Below are positions 1 to 11,560 of a stretch of DNA of 52,578 bases, piece by piece. Made by a program: the position numbers and the translations under genes. The stretch lies in NCBI GenBank assembly GCA_017646745.1, contig JAGCLY010000062.1, forward strand, positions 1 to 52,578, written 5' to 3'. Origin of the DNA: Clostridia bacterium. GTDB taxonomy: Bacteria; Bacillota; Clostridia; Oscillospirales; CAG-272. Positions within the stretch are counted from its first letter, which is position 1; each line of letters starts with the position of its first letter. The notes beneath the pieces are model-generated. The model had not been told where the DNA came from. It saw nothing but the letters and a program-made list of their open reading frames with translations, and searched no databases.

Positions 1-189
1 ATCACCGATGAGGGCTGTGGCATCGAGGATACCGAGCAGGCACGCAGACCCAGCTTTACCACCGGCGAGTTTGGCGAGAGATGCGGCATGGGATTTCTCG
101 TTATGGAGAGCTTTACCGACTATCTTGGCGTTTCGTCCGAGATGGGGAAGGGCACAAGCGTAATGATGAGGAAAAAACTAAAGCCCTGA
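1..189 (+). CDS. spoIIAB: Anti-sigma F factor, 3' part (5' end outside window)
   Basis: Frame 1 reads ITDEGCGIEDTEQARRPSFTT..ERCGMGFLVMESFTD..GKGTSVMMRKKLKP* (GHKL DxGxG and GMG boxes); lies directly upstream of sigF. Confidence 0.9.
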   Translation: MTDEGCGIEDTEQARRPSFTTGEFGERCGMGFLVMESFTDYLGVSSEMGKGTSVMMRKKLKP

Positions 190-202
190 CCGAAGGACCA
201 AA

Positions 203-940
203 ATGAAAATTAAAGAAGAAAAAAAGAACCCCTATGACCAGAATCTTGATCTTCTTCGTGCATATAGGGCGGGAGATGAGGAGGCCGGTGAGAGGCTGGC
301 CGAGCTGAACGCCCCCCTTGTTTACAGCATTGCAGGGCGCTTCTCAGGGCGAGGCGCCGATATGAGCGATCTTATTGAAACCGGCAACATCGGACTTGTT
401 AAGGCCATGAAAACCTTTGACTTCTCTCACGGCTGTGTATTTTCCACCTACGCAGTTCCGCTGATCTTTGGTGAGATCCGCCGTTTTCTCCGTGATGACG
501 GAATCATTAAGGTATCCAGAGAGGAAAAGCGGCTTTCCGCCCTGCTATGCGCTGAGCGTGAGCGCAGGCTTTCGGCCGGTGAGGACGCAGACATTGCCTC
601 GGTTGCCAGGGCAGTGGGAATCTCACCACAGGATGCTTCGTCGGCCCTTTTTGCTTCATCACCCGTGCGCTCGCTTGACGAGGCGGCCTATGATGACGAT
701 GACAGCACTACTCTCGGCAGTATAATCTGCGACGAGGATGCAGAGATGCGACAGTTTGACCGCTTTGCCCTTCGTATGGCAATCGAAAAGCTTTCTGAGG
801 CCCACCGCCGACTTGTTATCCTGCGGTATTTTCGTGATATGTCACAGACCGAAACGGCAAAGCTCCTCGGCCTCACCCAGGTAAAGGTATCCAGAGAGGA
901 AAAAAAGATAATGGAGATTCTAAGAAAAGAGCTAAGCTAA
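203..940 (+). CDS. sigF: Sporulation sigma factor SigF (SigB/F/G family)
   Basis: DLIETGNIGLVKA, FSTYAVPLIFGEIRRFLRDDG, C-terminal QVKVSR HTH; follows spoIIAB. Confidence 0.9.
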   Translation: MKIKEEKKNPYDQNLDLLRAYRAGDEEAGERLAELNAPLVYSIAGRFSGRGADMSDLIETGNIGLVKAMKTFDFSHGCVFSTYAVPLIFGEIRRFLRDDGIIKVSREEKRLSALLCAERERRLSAGEDADIASVARAVGISPQDASSALFASSPVRSLDEAAYDDDDSTTLGSIICDEDAEMRQFDRFALRMAIEKLSEAHRRLVILRYFRDMSQTETAKLLGLTQVKVSREEKKIMEILRKELS

Positions 941-979
941 AGGGAATTTTTAATAATTTATGAAAAAAAAGGAAAACTA

Positions 980-1008
980 TTGACTTTTTATATCTTATAG
1001 TATAAAAT
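980..1008 (+). promoter_or_regulatory. Sigma-A promoter of groESL
   Basis: TTGACT-17-TAAAAT. Confidence 0.75.
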
Positions 1009-1022
1009 ATATGCTGTAAGCG

Positions 1023-1049
1023 TTAGCACTCCATGACTTCGAGTGCTAA
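1023..1049 (+). promoter_or_regulatory. CIRCE element (HrcA operator)
   Basis: Perfect TTAGCACTC-N9-GAGTGCTAA upstream of groES. Confidence 0.97.
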
Positions 1050-1072
1050 AAACACTAAAAGGAGAAATTAAA

Positions 1073-3002
<1,930 letters not shown>

Positions 3003-3015
3003 TATCTAAAAAAAT

Positions 3016-3045
3016 AAGCGGTCTTTTTATAAAGGCCGCTTTTTC
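3016..3045 (+). terminator. Intrinsic terminator of groESL
   Basis: AAGCGGTCTTT-ttat-AAAGGCCGCTT plus T tract. Confidence 0.8.
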
Positions 3046-3074
3046 TTGACATTTTATTGATTTTGTTATATAAT
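3046..3074 (+). promoter_or_regulatory. Sigma-A promoter of the aldo/keto reductase gene
   Basis: Consensus TTGACA-17-TATAAT. Confidence 0.85.
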
Positions 3075-3107
3075 AACCATATAATCAAAAGGTTAGGAGA
3101 ATTAAAA

Positions 3108-4304
3108 ATGAAATACATAGATTTTCAGGGTAAGCAGCTTTCTCTTCTTGGTTTTGGTGCGATGCGACTTCCCACCCTCGGTAAGGATGATGCCATCGAC
3201 TATGCAGAGGCAGAGCGAATGATCGACCGTGCCATGGAGGCAGGAATTAACTACTATGACACCGCCTTCCCCTACCACGGTGGCAACAGCGAGATCGTTA
3301 CCGGTAAGGTCCTGTCTAAGTATCCTCGTGACAGCTATTACATTGCAACCAAATATCCCGGCCACCAGGTGCTCGACAGCTATAATCCTGCCGAGATTTT
3401 TGAGCAGCAGCTTGAAAAATGCGGTGTTGATTACTTTGATTTTTATCTTCTTCATAACATCAGCGAGAGCTCTATCTCGGTGTATCTTGATGAAAGATGG
3501 GGAATTATTGATTACTTCGTAGAGCAGAAGAGGCTGGGCAGAATAAAGCATCTTGGCTTTTCCACCCATGGCCTGCCCGAGAACCTTACTGAGTTCCTTG
3601 ATGCGGCAGGTGAGCATATGGAGTTCTGCCAGATACAGCTTAACTATCTCGACTGGACTCTCCAGCGTGCGAAGGAAAAGTGCGATATTCTCGCAAAATG
3701 GAACATTCCCGTCTGGGTAATGGAGCCTGTAAGAGGCGGCAAGCTGGTTGACAAGCTGCCTGAGTCGGCAAAGGAGCACCTTAAGTCCCTTCGTTCCGAC
3801 GAGAGCGTTGCATCATGGTGCTTCCGTTGGCTCATGACCCTGCCCAATATGGGTGTAATTCTCAGCGGTATGTCCACGATGGATCAGCTTGAGGATAACA
3901 TCAAGACCTTCTCGGAGGATAAGCCGCTTTCGGATAGCGAGATCGACGTGCTTTATTCTATTGCCGAGAGCCTTAAGAACAATATCCCTTGCACAGCCTG
4001 CCGTTATTGTACCGAGGGCTGTCCCATGGGACTTAATATTCCCATGCTCATCGAGGTATACAACGATCTGCGCTATGCTCCCGGGGTAAACAGCGCATCC
4101 AAGATTGAGTTCATGCCCGAGGATAAGCGTCCCTCTGCCTGCATCGGCTGCGGCGCTTGTGTTCATGCATGTCCTCAGAATATAGATATTCCCACCGTTC
4201 TTTCTGATTTTGACAAGCTCCTCGCCACCATTCCGTCCTGGAAGAAGATCTGCGCCGAGAGGGCAGAGGCGGCGGCCAAGCTGTCGGGAAATAACGGGAA
4301 ATAG
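3108..4304 (+). CDS. Aldo/keto reductase with C-terminal 4Fe-4S dicluster domain
   Basis: LGFGAMRLP, YYDTAFPYH, IATK, LLHN; CTACRYCTEGCP and CIGCGACVHACP; AGGAG RBS before 3108. Confidence 0.9.
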   Translation: MKYIDFQGKQLSLLGFGAMRLPTLGKDDAIDYAEAERMIDRAMEAGINYYDTAFPYHGGNSEIVTGKVLSKYPRDSYYIATKYPGHQVLDSYNPAEIFEQQLEKCGVDYFDFYLLHNISESSISVYLDERWGIIDYFVEQKRLGRIKHLGFSTHGLPENLTEFLDAAGEHMEFCQIQLNYLDWTLQRAKEKCDILAKWNIPVWVMEPVRGGKLVDKLPESAKEHLKSLRSDESVASWCFRWLMTLPNMGVILSGMSTMDQLEDNIKTFSEDKPLSDSEIDVLYSIAESLKNNIPCTACRYCTEGCPMGLNIPMLIEVYNDLRYAPGVNSASKIEFMPEDKRPSACIGCGACVHACPQNIDIPTVLSDFDKLLATIPSWKKICAERAEAAAKLSGNNGK

Positions 4305-4328
4305 TTTTAGCTAAATTTTATAAAGAAT

Positions 4329-4367
4329 GCCCAAGCGCTCCTTTTTGGCTCGCTTGGGCGTTTTTTT
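4329..4367. terminator. Hairpin terminator between convergent genes
   Basis: GCCCAAGCG...CGCTTGGGC plus T tract. Confidence 0.65.
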
Positions 4368-5733
4368 AGTTGTCCTTGTGGTGAAATTTAGTTGCTTGGA
4401 TAAGCTTTCTGATCTCCGCCTTGATTGCCTCACGGTGGAGGTGTCTTGTCTTCTTATGCTCAGGCATGTTTTCAACGTGAGCGTGACGTGCGCTTCTGCG
4501 TTGCTCGGGATTAATATCACCCGCATGAAGAAGTGCGGTCTTGGTAAGTGCAGGGCCTACCAGCTCATAAATGAGAACTGCAAAGAGGGTTATGGTTGAA
4601 ACCATTTCGCCAACCTCGCCGAAGACTTTTGCCTTCATTGCCATGCCGAGGGCAACACCCGCCTGGGGGAAGAGGGTAATACCAAGATATTTTACGATTT
4701 TGGGATCGCATTTTGAAACAATAGCGCTGGTGAATGTACCGATGTATTTACCTGCGCATCGGGAAATGATATATACTACACCGACCAGAACCATAAGCAG
4801 GTTGGTGAATACGCCAAGCTCAAGCTCTGCACCCGAGATAACGAAGAAGAGCACGAACAGAGGTGCAGTCCATTTGTCAACCCTCTCCATGAGCTCCTCG
4901 GAGAAGTCACAGATGTTGCAGAATATAGTTCCCAGCATCATGCAGGTGAGCAATGAAGAGTAGCCTATATGTACACCCTTTACGTCAAAGGTCATCTGCG
5001 AAAGGGCAATAGTAAGAAGAACAAATCCGATAGAAACCGAGATACGTTTGGAATTAGAGTGGAAGAATCTCTCGCAGATATGGAAGGCAACGCCCATCAC
5101 CGCGCCGAGAATCAGGGATGCAGCCACCTCTGCCAAGGGCTCGACGATAACCGAGATAATATCCACGCCATTGCCCATTGCACGTGCAATGCCAAAGGAG
5201 ATTGCGAAGATCACAAGACCAACCGCATCGTCAAGAGCAACTACAGGGAGGAGCATCTCGGTAACAGGACCCATTGCCTTATACTGCTTAACTACCATCA
5301 GTGTCGCCGCAGGTGCGGTGGCCGATGCAATGGCGCCGAGAATAATTGCCCCCTCAATCGAGAGTACGTGGGGAATGGCAAAATGTAGGGCAATAAGTGC
5401 TATATCGACAACTAAAGTTGTCACAACGGCCTGAAAAATACCAACAATTGTAGCCTGACGTCCTATTTTGCGCAGGTGGGGGATTCTGAATTCGTTTCCG
5501 ATAGAGAAGGCGATGAAGCCCAGCGCCACGTCACAAATGATGGATAAGGAGTGAACAGTCTCCATGCTTATAAAGCCGATGCCGCTTATTCCAAGTCTGC
5601 CAAGACAGTAGGGGCCGACCAGAATTCCGGCAACCAGATATGCGGTTACTGCGGGCAGATCAAGCTTTTTGGTTACTCTGGAGAGCAACAGGCCTCCGAT
5701 AAGTGCGATAGAAAGTGATAATAACGTTTCCAT
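4366..5733 (-). CDS. Cation:proton antiporter (CPA2/Kef-like) with His-rich tail
   Basis: Many TM helices, ATAPAAT and ALDD motifs, FFVISG, PQAGVALG. Confidence 0.85.
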   Translation of the reverse strand: METLLSLSIALIGGLLLSRVTKKLDLPAVTAYLVAGILVGPYCLGRLGISGIGFISMETVHSLSIICDVALGFIAFSIGNEFRIPHLRKIGRQATIVGIFQAVVTTLVVDIALIALHFAIPHVLSIEGAIILGAIASATAPAATLMVVKQYKAMGPVTEMLLPVVALDDAVGLVIFAISFGIARAMGNGVDIISVIVEPLAEVAASLILGAVMGVAFHICERFFHSNSKRISVSIGFVLLTIALSQMTFDVKGVHIGYSSLLTCMMLGTIFCNICDFSEELMERVDKWTAPLFVLFFVISGAELELGVFTNLLMVLVGVVYIISRCAGKYIGTFTSAIVSKCDPKIVKYLGITLFPQAGVALGMAMKAKVFGEVGEMVSTITLFAVLIYELVGPALTKTALLHAGDINPEQRRSARHAHVENMPEHKKTRHLHREAIKAEIRKLIQATKFHHKDN

Positions 5734-5773
5734 TCTGCAGTCTTCCTTTATTAGTTAATTTCAACAGTTAGAT

Positions 5774-5897
5774 ATTTTACTCCTAATTAATAAAAATGTC
5801 AATGATTAAAATAAACAAAAAATAATTATTTTAACGCCCTCTTTTGTTCAAGTTTTAACTTATTTTAATTGACAAGTGATAAATATTATGTTAAAAT
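5774..5897. promoter_or_regulatory. Divergent sigma-A promoters (antiporter and MATE)
   Basis: Minus strand TTGACA(5802-5797)-17-TAAAAT; plus strand TTGACA(5869-5874)-17-TAAAAT with extended TG. Confidence 0.75.
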
Positions 5898-5925
5898 ATT
5901 TTTATTGATTTAAAAGGAGGATATT

Positions 5926-7260
5926 ATGAAGGATCAGATACAGCTTTCGGATCATTTCAGCTACGGCAGATTAATAAAATTTGTGATCCCATCGGTTACG
6001 ATGATGATATTCACCTCAATTTACGGTGTTGTAGACGGGCTTTTCGTATCCAACTTTCTCGGCAAGACTCCCTTTGCCGCCGTTAATATTATTTTCCCCT
6101 TAGTTATGGTGCTGGGCGGCTTCGGATTTATGCTTGGCACGGGCGGTACGGCTATAGTTGCCAAAACCCTCGGACTTGGCGAAAAGGATAAGGCGAACGA
6201 ATATTTTACCTTTATTATTATCTCCACTGCAGTAATGGGCTCCATACTTGCCGCCCTCGGTATTATGTTTGCCGAGCCTGTTGCACAGCTTCTGGGCGCA
6301 GAGGGTGAGATGCTTGATTATGCGGTCAGATACGTGCGTATAGTTCTGCTTGGTATGCCGTTCTTTATGCTGCAGAATTCCTTCCAGAACTTCTTTATTA
6401 CGGCAGAGAAGCCAAAGCTCGGCCTTGCCGTTACTGTTGCGGCGGGAGTTACCAATATTGTGCTCGATGCTCTGCTTATCGGCATCATTAAAATGGATAT
6501 TGAGGGTGCGGCCATAGCCACCGCATTCAGCCAGATGGTGGGCGGAACTGTGCCGATTATTTACTTTGCTATTGCAAAAAACTCGGCAATCCGCTTCTGT
6601 AAAACCCATGGATATTGGCGTGTATTGCTTCAGGCATGTCTGAACGGCTCCTCCGAGCTGCTCAGCAACATATCTTCGTCGGTGGTGACTATACTTTACA
6701 ACTATCAGCTCCTTCGCTTTGCAGGTGAGAACGGTGTTGCCGCATACGGTGCAGTTATGTATGTTGCCTTTATTTTTATAGCGATCTTCATCGGCTTCGT
6801 TATCGGTGCATCGCCTATTGTCAGCTTCCATTACGGGGCAGGGAACACCGACGAGCTTAAGAGTCTGCGTAAAAAGAGCATAAATATGGTGCTAATCATC
6901 GGCGGCGCTATGCTTCTTATTGCGCTTCTCCTTGCATGGCCGCTGTGTCAGCTTTTCGTGGGTTACGATTCGGTTCTTCGTGATATAACTCTGCGTGGAT
7001 TTATAATTTATGCCTTTTCTTATCTTATATCGGGATACAACATCTTTGGCTCGTCCTTCTTTACCGCCCTTAATAACGGTGCGGTTTCGGCGGTAATATC
7101 ATTTATGCGTACTCTGGTATTCCAGATCGCCGCAATTTTGCTCCTGCCCGAGCTTTTACAGCTCGACGGAGTCTGGCTGTCGATTATCGTTGCCGAGGGC
7201 CTTGCCGCAATTGTCACAACAATCTTCCTCATTGCTAAGCAAAAGCAGTATAATTATTGA
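5926..7260 (+). CDS. MATE family efflux transporter
   Basis: 12-TM pattern; IYGVVDGLFVSNF, NIVLDALLI, GAAIATA, GVAAYG. Confidence 0.9.
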   Translation: MKDQIQLSDHFSYGRLIKFVIPSVTMMIFTSIYGVVDGLFVSNFLGKTPFAAVNIIFPLVMVLGGFGFMLGTGGTAIVAKTLGLGEKDKANEYFTFIIISTAVMGSILAALGIMFAEPVAQLLGAEGEMLDYAVRYVRIVLLGMPFFMLQNSFQNFFITAEKPKLGLAVTVAAGVTNIVLDALLIGIIKMDIEGAAIATAFSQMVGGTVPIIYFAIAKNSAIRFCKTHGYWRVLLQACLNGSSELLSNISSSVVTILYNYQLLRFAGENGVAAYGAVMYVAFIFIAIFIGFVIGASPIVSFHYGAGNTDELKSLRKKSINMVLIIGGAMLLIALLLAWPLCQLFVGYDSVLRDITLRGFIIYAFSYLISGYNIFGSSFFTALNNGAVSAVISFMRTLVFQIAAILLLPELLQLDGVWLSIIVAEGLAAIVTTIFLIAKQKQYNY

Positions 7261-7271
7261 TCAAACAGCTT

Positions 7272-7299
7272 AAAATCCCCGATTTTCGGGGATTTTTTT
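7272..7299. terminator. Bidirectional terminator
   Basis: AAAATCCCCGA-tttt-CGGGGATTTT. Confidence 0.75.
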
Positions 7300-8188
7300 A
7301 TTGTCGAAGGTCAGCTAAAAGGTTGAGCGAGTGTAAAATCGCCTCTTTTGTACTCTCTCTCGGTTCTGCAAGGGGGAGACGCACCTCGGGGGAGCAAAGA
7401 CCGAGGGTGGACATTGCGTATTTAATTGGAGAGGGATTGGTTTCGAGAAATAGCGTGCGTATAAACGGCAACAGCTTGATTTGCAGGTCAAGCGCTTCCT
7501 TGTGCTTACCGTCAAAATAGTCTTTGCAAAGTTGATCTGCTGTTTTTGGAATAATATTTGACATCACCGAGATTACACCTCGTCCGCCCAGGGCAAGGGT
7601 AGGGTAGATCTGACTGTCGTTGCCTGAGTATAGGTGCAGATTGTCACCAAATGCCGCAAGCAAAACCAGTCGATCAATCGAGTCGGAGGCTTCTTTAATT
7701 CCTACAATATTTGGATGATCTGCCAGCCGTTCCAATAGGTTGATTCCCATGTTTACACCCGTTCTTGACGGCACATTGTAAAGTATTATTGGCAAATCCG
7801 TGCATTCTGCTATATTTAAGTAGTGCTTTTCAATGCCAAGCTCGGTTCCCTTGTTGTAATACGGTGTAACTAAGAGCACACCGTCGCACCCGAGCTCTTG
7901 GGCAAATTTGGTATGCGCTATCGCTACTCTTGTATCGTTGGTACCTGTGCCGAAGATTATTTTTGCCCGACCTCCGATATATCCCCTTGTAAAGCTGTAC
8001 AGTGCGTATCTTTCATCATCCGACAGCACTGCTGCCTCTGCCGTTGTTCCACCGATGACTAGCGTGCCGACTCCGGCATCGATCTGCCTGTCTATCAGCA
8101 TAGCAAGGCTTGGATAATCTATTTCGCCGTTTAAAAACGGGGTTATTAGGGCGGTCGCTACGCCTGTAAATACTTCTTTTTTTCTCAT
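7298..8188 (-). CDS. dapA: 4-hydroxy-tetrahydrodipicolinate synthase
   Basis: ALITPF, GTTAE, VTPYYNK, LYNVPSRTG, GIKEAS, ETNPSPIK. Confidence 0.95.
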   Translation of the reverse strand: MRKKEVFTGVATALITPFLNGEIDYPSLAMLIDRQIDAGVGTLVIGGTTAEAAVLSDDERYALYSFTRGYIGGRAKIIFGTGTNDTRVAIAHTKFAQELGCDGVLLVTPYYNKGTELGIEKHYLNIAECTDLPIILYNVPSRTGVNMGINLLERLADHPNIVGIKEASDSIDRLVLLAAFGDNLHLYSGNDSQIYPTLALGGRGVISVMSNIIPKTADQLCKDYFDGKHKEALDLQIKLLPFIRTLFLETNPSPIKYAMSTLGLCSPEVRLPLAEPRESTKEAILHSLNLLADLRQ

Positions 8189-8286
8189 AAGTCACTCTTT
8201 CTTGGAAAATGCCCTTGATTTGTGTTGCATTTTCGTGTATAATAGTCCTGCTATTAATATATGACGAAAAGACTTGAAAGGACAAA

Positions 8287-9363
8287 ATGGAAAACAACAA
8301 GATTATTAACGAGCGTGTTGCCACCGATCTGGCTACAAGCGATTTTTATTACAATCTGCCTGAGGAGCTTATTGCCCAGTCGCCCAGCGACGAGCGTGAC
8401 GGATGCCGCTTAATGGTGCTTGACCGTGCCGACGGTAGGGTAGAGCATAAGATCTTCAGAGATATTATAGATTACCTTAATCCCGAGGATATGCTGGTAG
8501 TAAATTCCTCCAAGGTTATTCCGGCCCGCCTGCTTGGCAAGACCGAAAAGACCGGAGGTGATATGGAGCTTTTGCTTCTTCGTATGCTGGAGAATGGCGA
8601 GTGGGAAACCCTTGTCCGTCCTGGTAAGAGGGCAAAGGTAGGCGCATCCTTTGATTTTGCCGGCATTCTCCGTGCCACCGTAACCTCTATTGTTGAGGGC
8701 GGCAACCGTACCGTAAAATTTGAGTACGATACCGAGAAGTATAAGAATATTTACGAGGTGCTTGACGTTATCGGCAATATGCCTCTGCCTCCTTATATCA
8801 CCAAAAAGCTTGAAAACAAGGACGATTACCAGACCGTATATGCCAAGGAGGAGGGCTCTGCCGCTGCACCCACAGCAGGTCTGCATTTCACCGACGAGCT
8901 TCTTGATAAAATCAAGGCAAAGGGCGTTGGCTACGGCGAGGTAACTCTCCACGTCGGTCTCGGCACGTTCAGACCGGTAAAGGCCGATAAAATTGCCGAC
9001 CATGAGATGCATGGCGAGTATTTCCATATCTCGGCAGAGGTTGCCGATGAGATCAACCGCCGCAGACAGAAGGGCGGACGCATTATTGCGGTTGGAACCA
9101 CCTCCTGCCGTGTGCTTGAGAGCGCATCTACTTCGGACGGCATAGTACACCCGATGAACGCAGAAACAGCGATTTTCATCTATCCCGGTTATACCTTTAA
9201 GGCTGTTGATGCCCTTATAACAAACTTCCACCTGCCCGAGAGTACGCTTATTATGCTTATCAGCGCCCTTGCCGGTCAGGAAAAAGTTATGAATGCATAC
9301 GAAACTGCCGTTCAGGAGAGATATCGCTTCTTCTCCTTCGGTGACGCTATGTTTATCAAATAA
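8287..9363 (+). CDS. queA: S-adenosylmethionine:tRNA ribosyltransferase-isomerase
   Basis: [50 protein letters not shown]. Confidence 0.97.
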   Translation: MENNKIINERVATDLATSDFYYNLPEELIAQSPSDERDGCRLMVLDRADGRVEHKIFRDIIDYLNPEDMLVVNSSKVIPARLLGKTEKTGGDMELLLLRMLENGEWETLVRPGKRAKVGASFDFAGILRATVTSIVEGGNRTVKFEYDTEKYKNIYEVLDVIGNMPLPPYITKKLENKDDYQTVYAKEEGSAAAPTAGLHFTDELLDKIKAKGVGYGEVTLHVGLGTFRPVKADKIADHEMHGEYFHISAEVADEINRRRQKGGRIIAVGTTSCRVLESASTSDGIVHPMNAETAIFIYPGYTFKAVDALITNFHLPESTLIMLISALAGQEKVMNAYETAVQERYRFFSFGDAMFIK

Positions 9364-9367
9364 TTCA

Positions 9368-9393
9368 AAGGGCAGAGTGATCTGCCCTTTTTT
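9368..9393 (+). terminator. Terminator of queA
   Basis: AAGGGCAGA-gtga-TCTGCCCTT plus T tract. Confidence 0.75.
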
Positions 9394-9417
9394 AGTAAAG
9401 TTTCGGTAAAGAAGGTA

Positions 9418-9446
9418 TTGACAAAGCTTCATATTTATGATATACT
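9418..9446 (+). promoter_or_regulatory. Sigma-A promoter of the mntP operon
   Basis: TTGACA-17-TATACT with extended TG. Confidence 0.8.
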
Positions 9447-9453
9447 ATCAGCC

Positions 9454-9575
9454 GTGTGAGGGAGTAGCAAGCGCATCTGCGTGTCAAGTCAACATCCTGG
9501 CATAAGCCTGGCTTGAATTAAATTGCGAGACTCATGTATTGCGCGAGCTTACATGGACTCTCTTGTTTTGTCTTT
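9454..9575 (+). ncRNA. yybP-ykoY (Mn2+) riboswitch with terminator-type expression platform
   Basis: GGGAGTAGC...GTCAACAT...GCGAGAC signature in the mntP leader; alternative hairpin GAGACTCATGTA/TACATGGACTCTC plus T-rich tract. Confidence 0.85.
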
Positions 9576-9622
9576 GGGTATGGCTGCGCGCGGTCATACT
9601 TTTTTGTTTTTAAGGAGAAAAT

Positions 9623-10234
9623 ATGTTTGATTTTACTTTTTTCTTCAATAGTATTTTAATAGGCATCGGTCTTGCCATGGACGCCTTTTCGGTTTCGCTG
9701 GCAAACGGTCTTAACGAGCCTGATATGTCAAGGCGCAAGGCACTTGGTGCATCGGCCATCTTCGGTGGATTCCAGGGTGCTATGCCTCTTATCGGTTGGT
9801 TTTTAGTACATAATCTTGCTACCATTTTCGAGGGCTTCAAGCCCTTTATTCCTTGGATAGCACTCGGTCTGCTCGGTTATATCGGTGGAAAAATGCTTTT
9901 TGAGGGTATTAAGGAGTATAAGTGCAGGGCTGAAGGCGGTAGTGATGAGGAATGCACATTTCCCAAGAAGCTCGGTCTCTCGGCGCTTCTGGTGCAGGGG
10001 ATTGCAACCTCTATTGATGCACTTTCTGTTGGATTTACAATTTCCGAATATAATGCTATTCAGGCGGTTGTGTGCGCATTGCTTATTGCTTTAATTACAT
10101 TCGGCATTTGCTTTGCGGGTATATATCTCGGTAAAAAGTTCGGCACAGCCCTGGCCGGTAAGTCGGCTATCTTCGGCGGCTCAATTCTGATCTTCATCGG
10201 TCTTGAGATTTTCATTACTTCGTTTTTTAAATAA
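9623..10234 (+). CDS. mntP: Manganese efflux pump MntP
   Basis: GLAMDAFSVS, FQGAMP, ATSIDALSVG motifs; riboswitch upstream. Confidence 0.92.
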   Translation: MFDFTFFFNSILIGIGLAMDAFSVSLANGLNEPDMSRRKALGASAIFGGFQGAMPLIGWFLVHNLATIFEGFKPFIPWIALGLLGYIGGKMLFEGIKEYKCRAEGGSDEECTFPKKLGLSALLVQGIATSIDALSVGFTISEYNAIQAVVCALLIALITFGICFAGIYLGKKFGTALAGKSAIFGGSILIFIGLEIFITSFFK

Positions 10235-10257
10235 TTGATATAAAAGGAGAAAAAACA

Positions 10258-11286
10258 ATGTTTTTAGAAAACATCCCCTACCAGTATTATCTTCTGGCAT
10301 TCGGCGTTATCCTTCTCATTAAGGGCGGCGACTGGTTTGTTGATGCGGCAACCGGTATTGCAAGAAGATTCAAGCTTCCAGAGCTTCTTATCGGTGCTAC
10401 CGTAGTTTCTATCGGTACAACTCTGCCTGAGGTTCTTACCTCTGCTATGGCCGCTGCAAGCAATAATGCGGCTACCGCATACGGAAATGCAATCGGATCT
10501 ATTATCTGTAACACTTCTCTTATTGCTGCTATTACGATTGCTATCAAGCCTGCTAAAGCTGATAAGAAGACACTTATTTTCCCCGTTTGCTTCTTCTTTG
10601 GCGCAGCTGCGTTTTATTCTTTCTGCGCATACTACTTCAATTCCTTCCCTCGTTGGACAGGTATAGTTCTCCTGGTTGGCTTCGTTGCATATATGATTAT
10701 CAACGTTGTTAATATGAAGAAGAACCCCGTCGAGCAGGAGCTTCCCGAGATTGAGGAGCAGGGTGAGGAGTCTGAGGAGAAGTCCAGCTCTCTTGGTTTC
10801 ATAAAGGATATCGGTATGCTCGTTGTTTCCGCAGCTATTATTGCAGTAGGTGCACATCTTCTCGGTGACAATGCACAGTGGCTTGCTGAGGTACAGCTTG
10901 GTATTCCCGGTGAGATCGTTAGCCTTACTATCGTTGCTCTTGCAACCTCTCTTCCCGAGCTTGTAACCGCGATCACTGCCCTTGCTAAGGGTCACGGTGC
11001 GCTTTCTCTCGGTAACATTATAGGCGCTAATATTTTCAACCTTGTTCTCGTTTCGGGCGCTGCAATTACTATTGCACCCTTCGATATTCCCTCGGGCACA
11101 CAGCTTCTTGGACAGTCTGCATCCCTTCTGATAGACGTTCCCCTTGTGTTCCTTGTAATGGGTATTATGACAATTCCCACTATTCTTAAGGGTAAGCTTC
11201 AGAGATGGCAGGGAATCAGCCTTCTTGCTATTTACGTTAGCTATGTTGTATTCCAGGTTGTAATGGCGCTTGCATTTGCCGGCTAA
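10258..11286 (+). CDS. Calcium/sodium antiporter (CaCA, YrbG-like)
   Basis: Alpha repeats GTTLPE...GNAIGS and ATSLPE...GNIIGANIFN. Confidence 0.9.
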   Translation: MFLENIPYQYYLLAFGVILLIKGGDWFVDAATGIARRFKLPELLIGATVVSIGTTLPEVLTSAMAAASNNAATAYGNAIGSIICNTSLIAAITIAIKPAKADKKTLIFPVCFFFGAAAFYSFCAYYFNSFPRWTGIVLLVGFVAYMIINVVNMKKNPVEQELPEIEEQGEESEEKSSSLGFIKDIGMLVVSAAIIAVGAHLLGDNAQWLAEVQLGIPGEIVSLTIVALATSLPELVTAITALAKGHGALSLGNIIGANIFNLVLVSGAAITIAPFDIPSGTQLLGQSASLLIDVPLVFLVMGIMTIPTILKGKLQRWQGISLLAIYVSYVVFQVVMALAFAG

Positions 11287-11310
11287 TATTTAACCTAAAG
11301 CATATGATGA

Positions 11311-11358
11311 CCGATGCGGTCTTGGGTATTATCTCAGGATCTGCATCGGCCTTTTTTT
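11311..11358 (+). terminator. Terminator of the mntP-antiporter operon
   Basis: CCGATGCGG...CTGCATCGG plus T tract. Confidence 0.7.
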
Positions 11359-11560
11359 ATCGTTTTTTTGACCGTTTTTTTCTCTTTTATCATTTTTTTG
11401 ATATAGATAGTCCGATCTCTCTTTTTACCTTTGTGTAAAATGAATTAATATATTTATTTGATTTGTACATATCTTACAAAAATAAATAAATATATTGAAA
11501 TCTTTTGTGAATTATGATATAATTGTAACGAAATTAAAAATTTACCAAAGGAGAACATCT

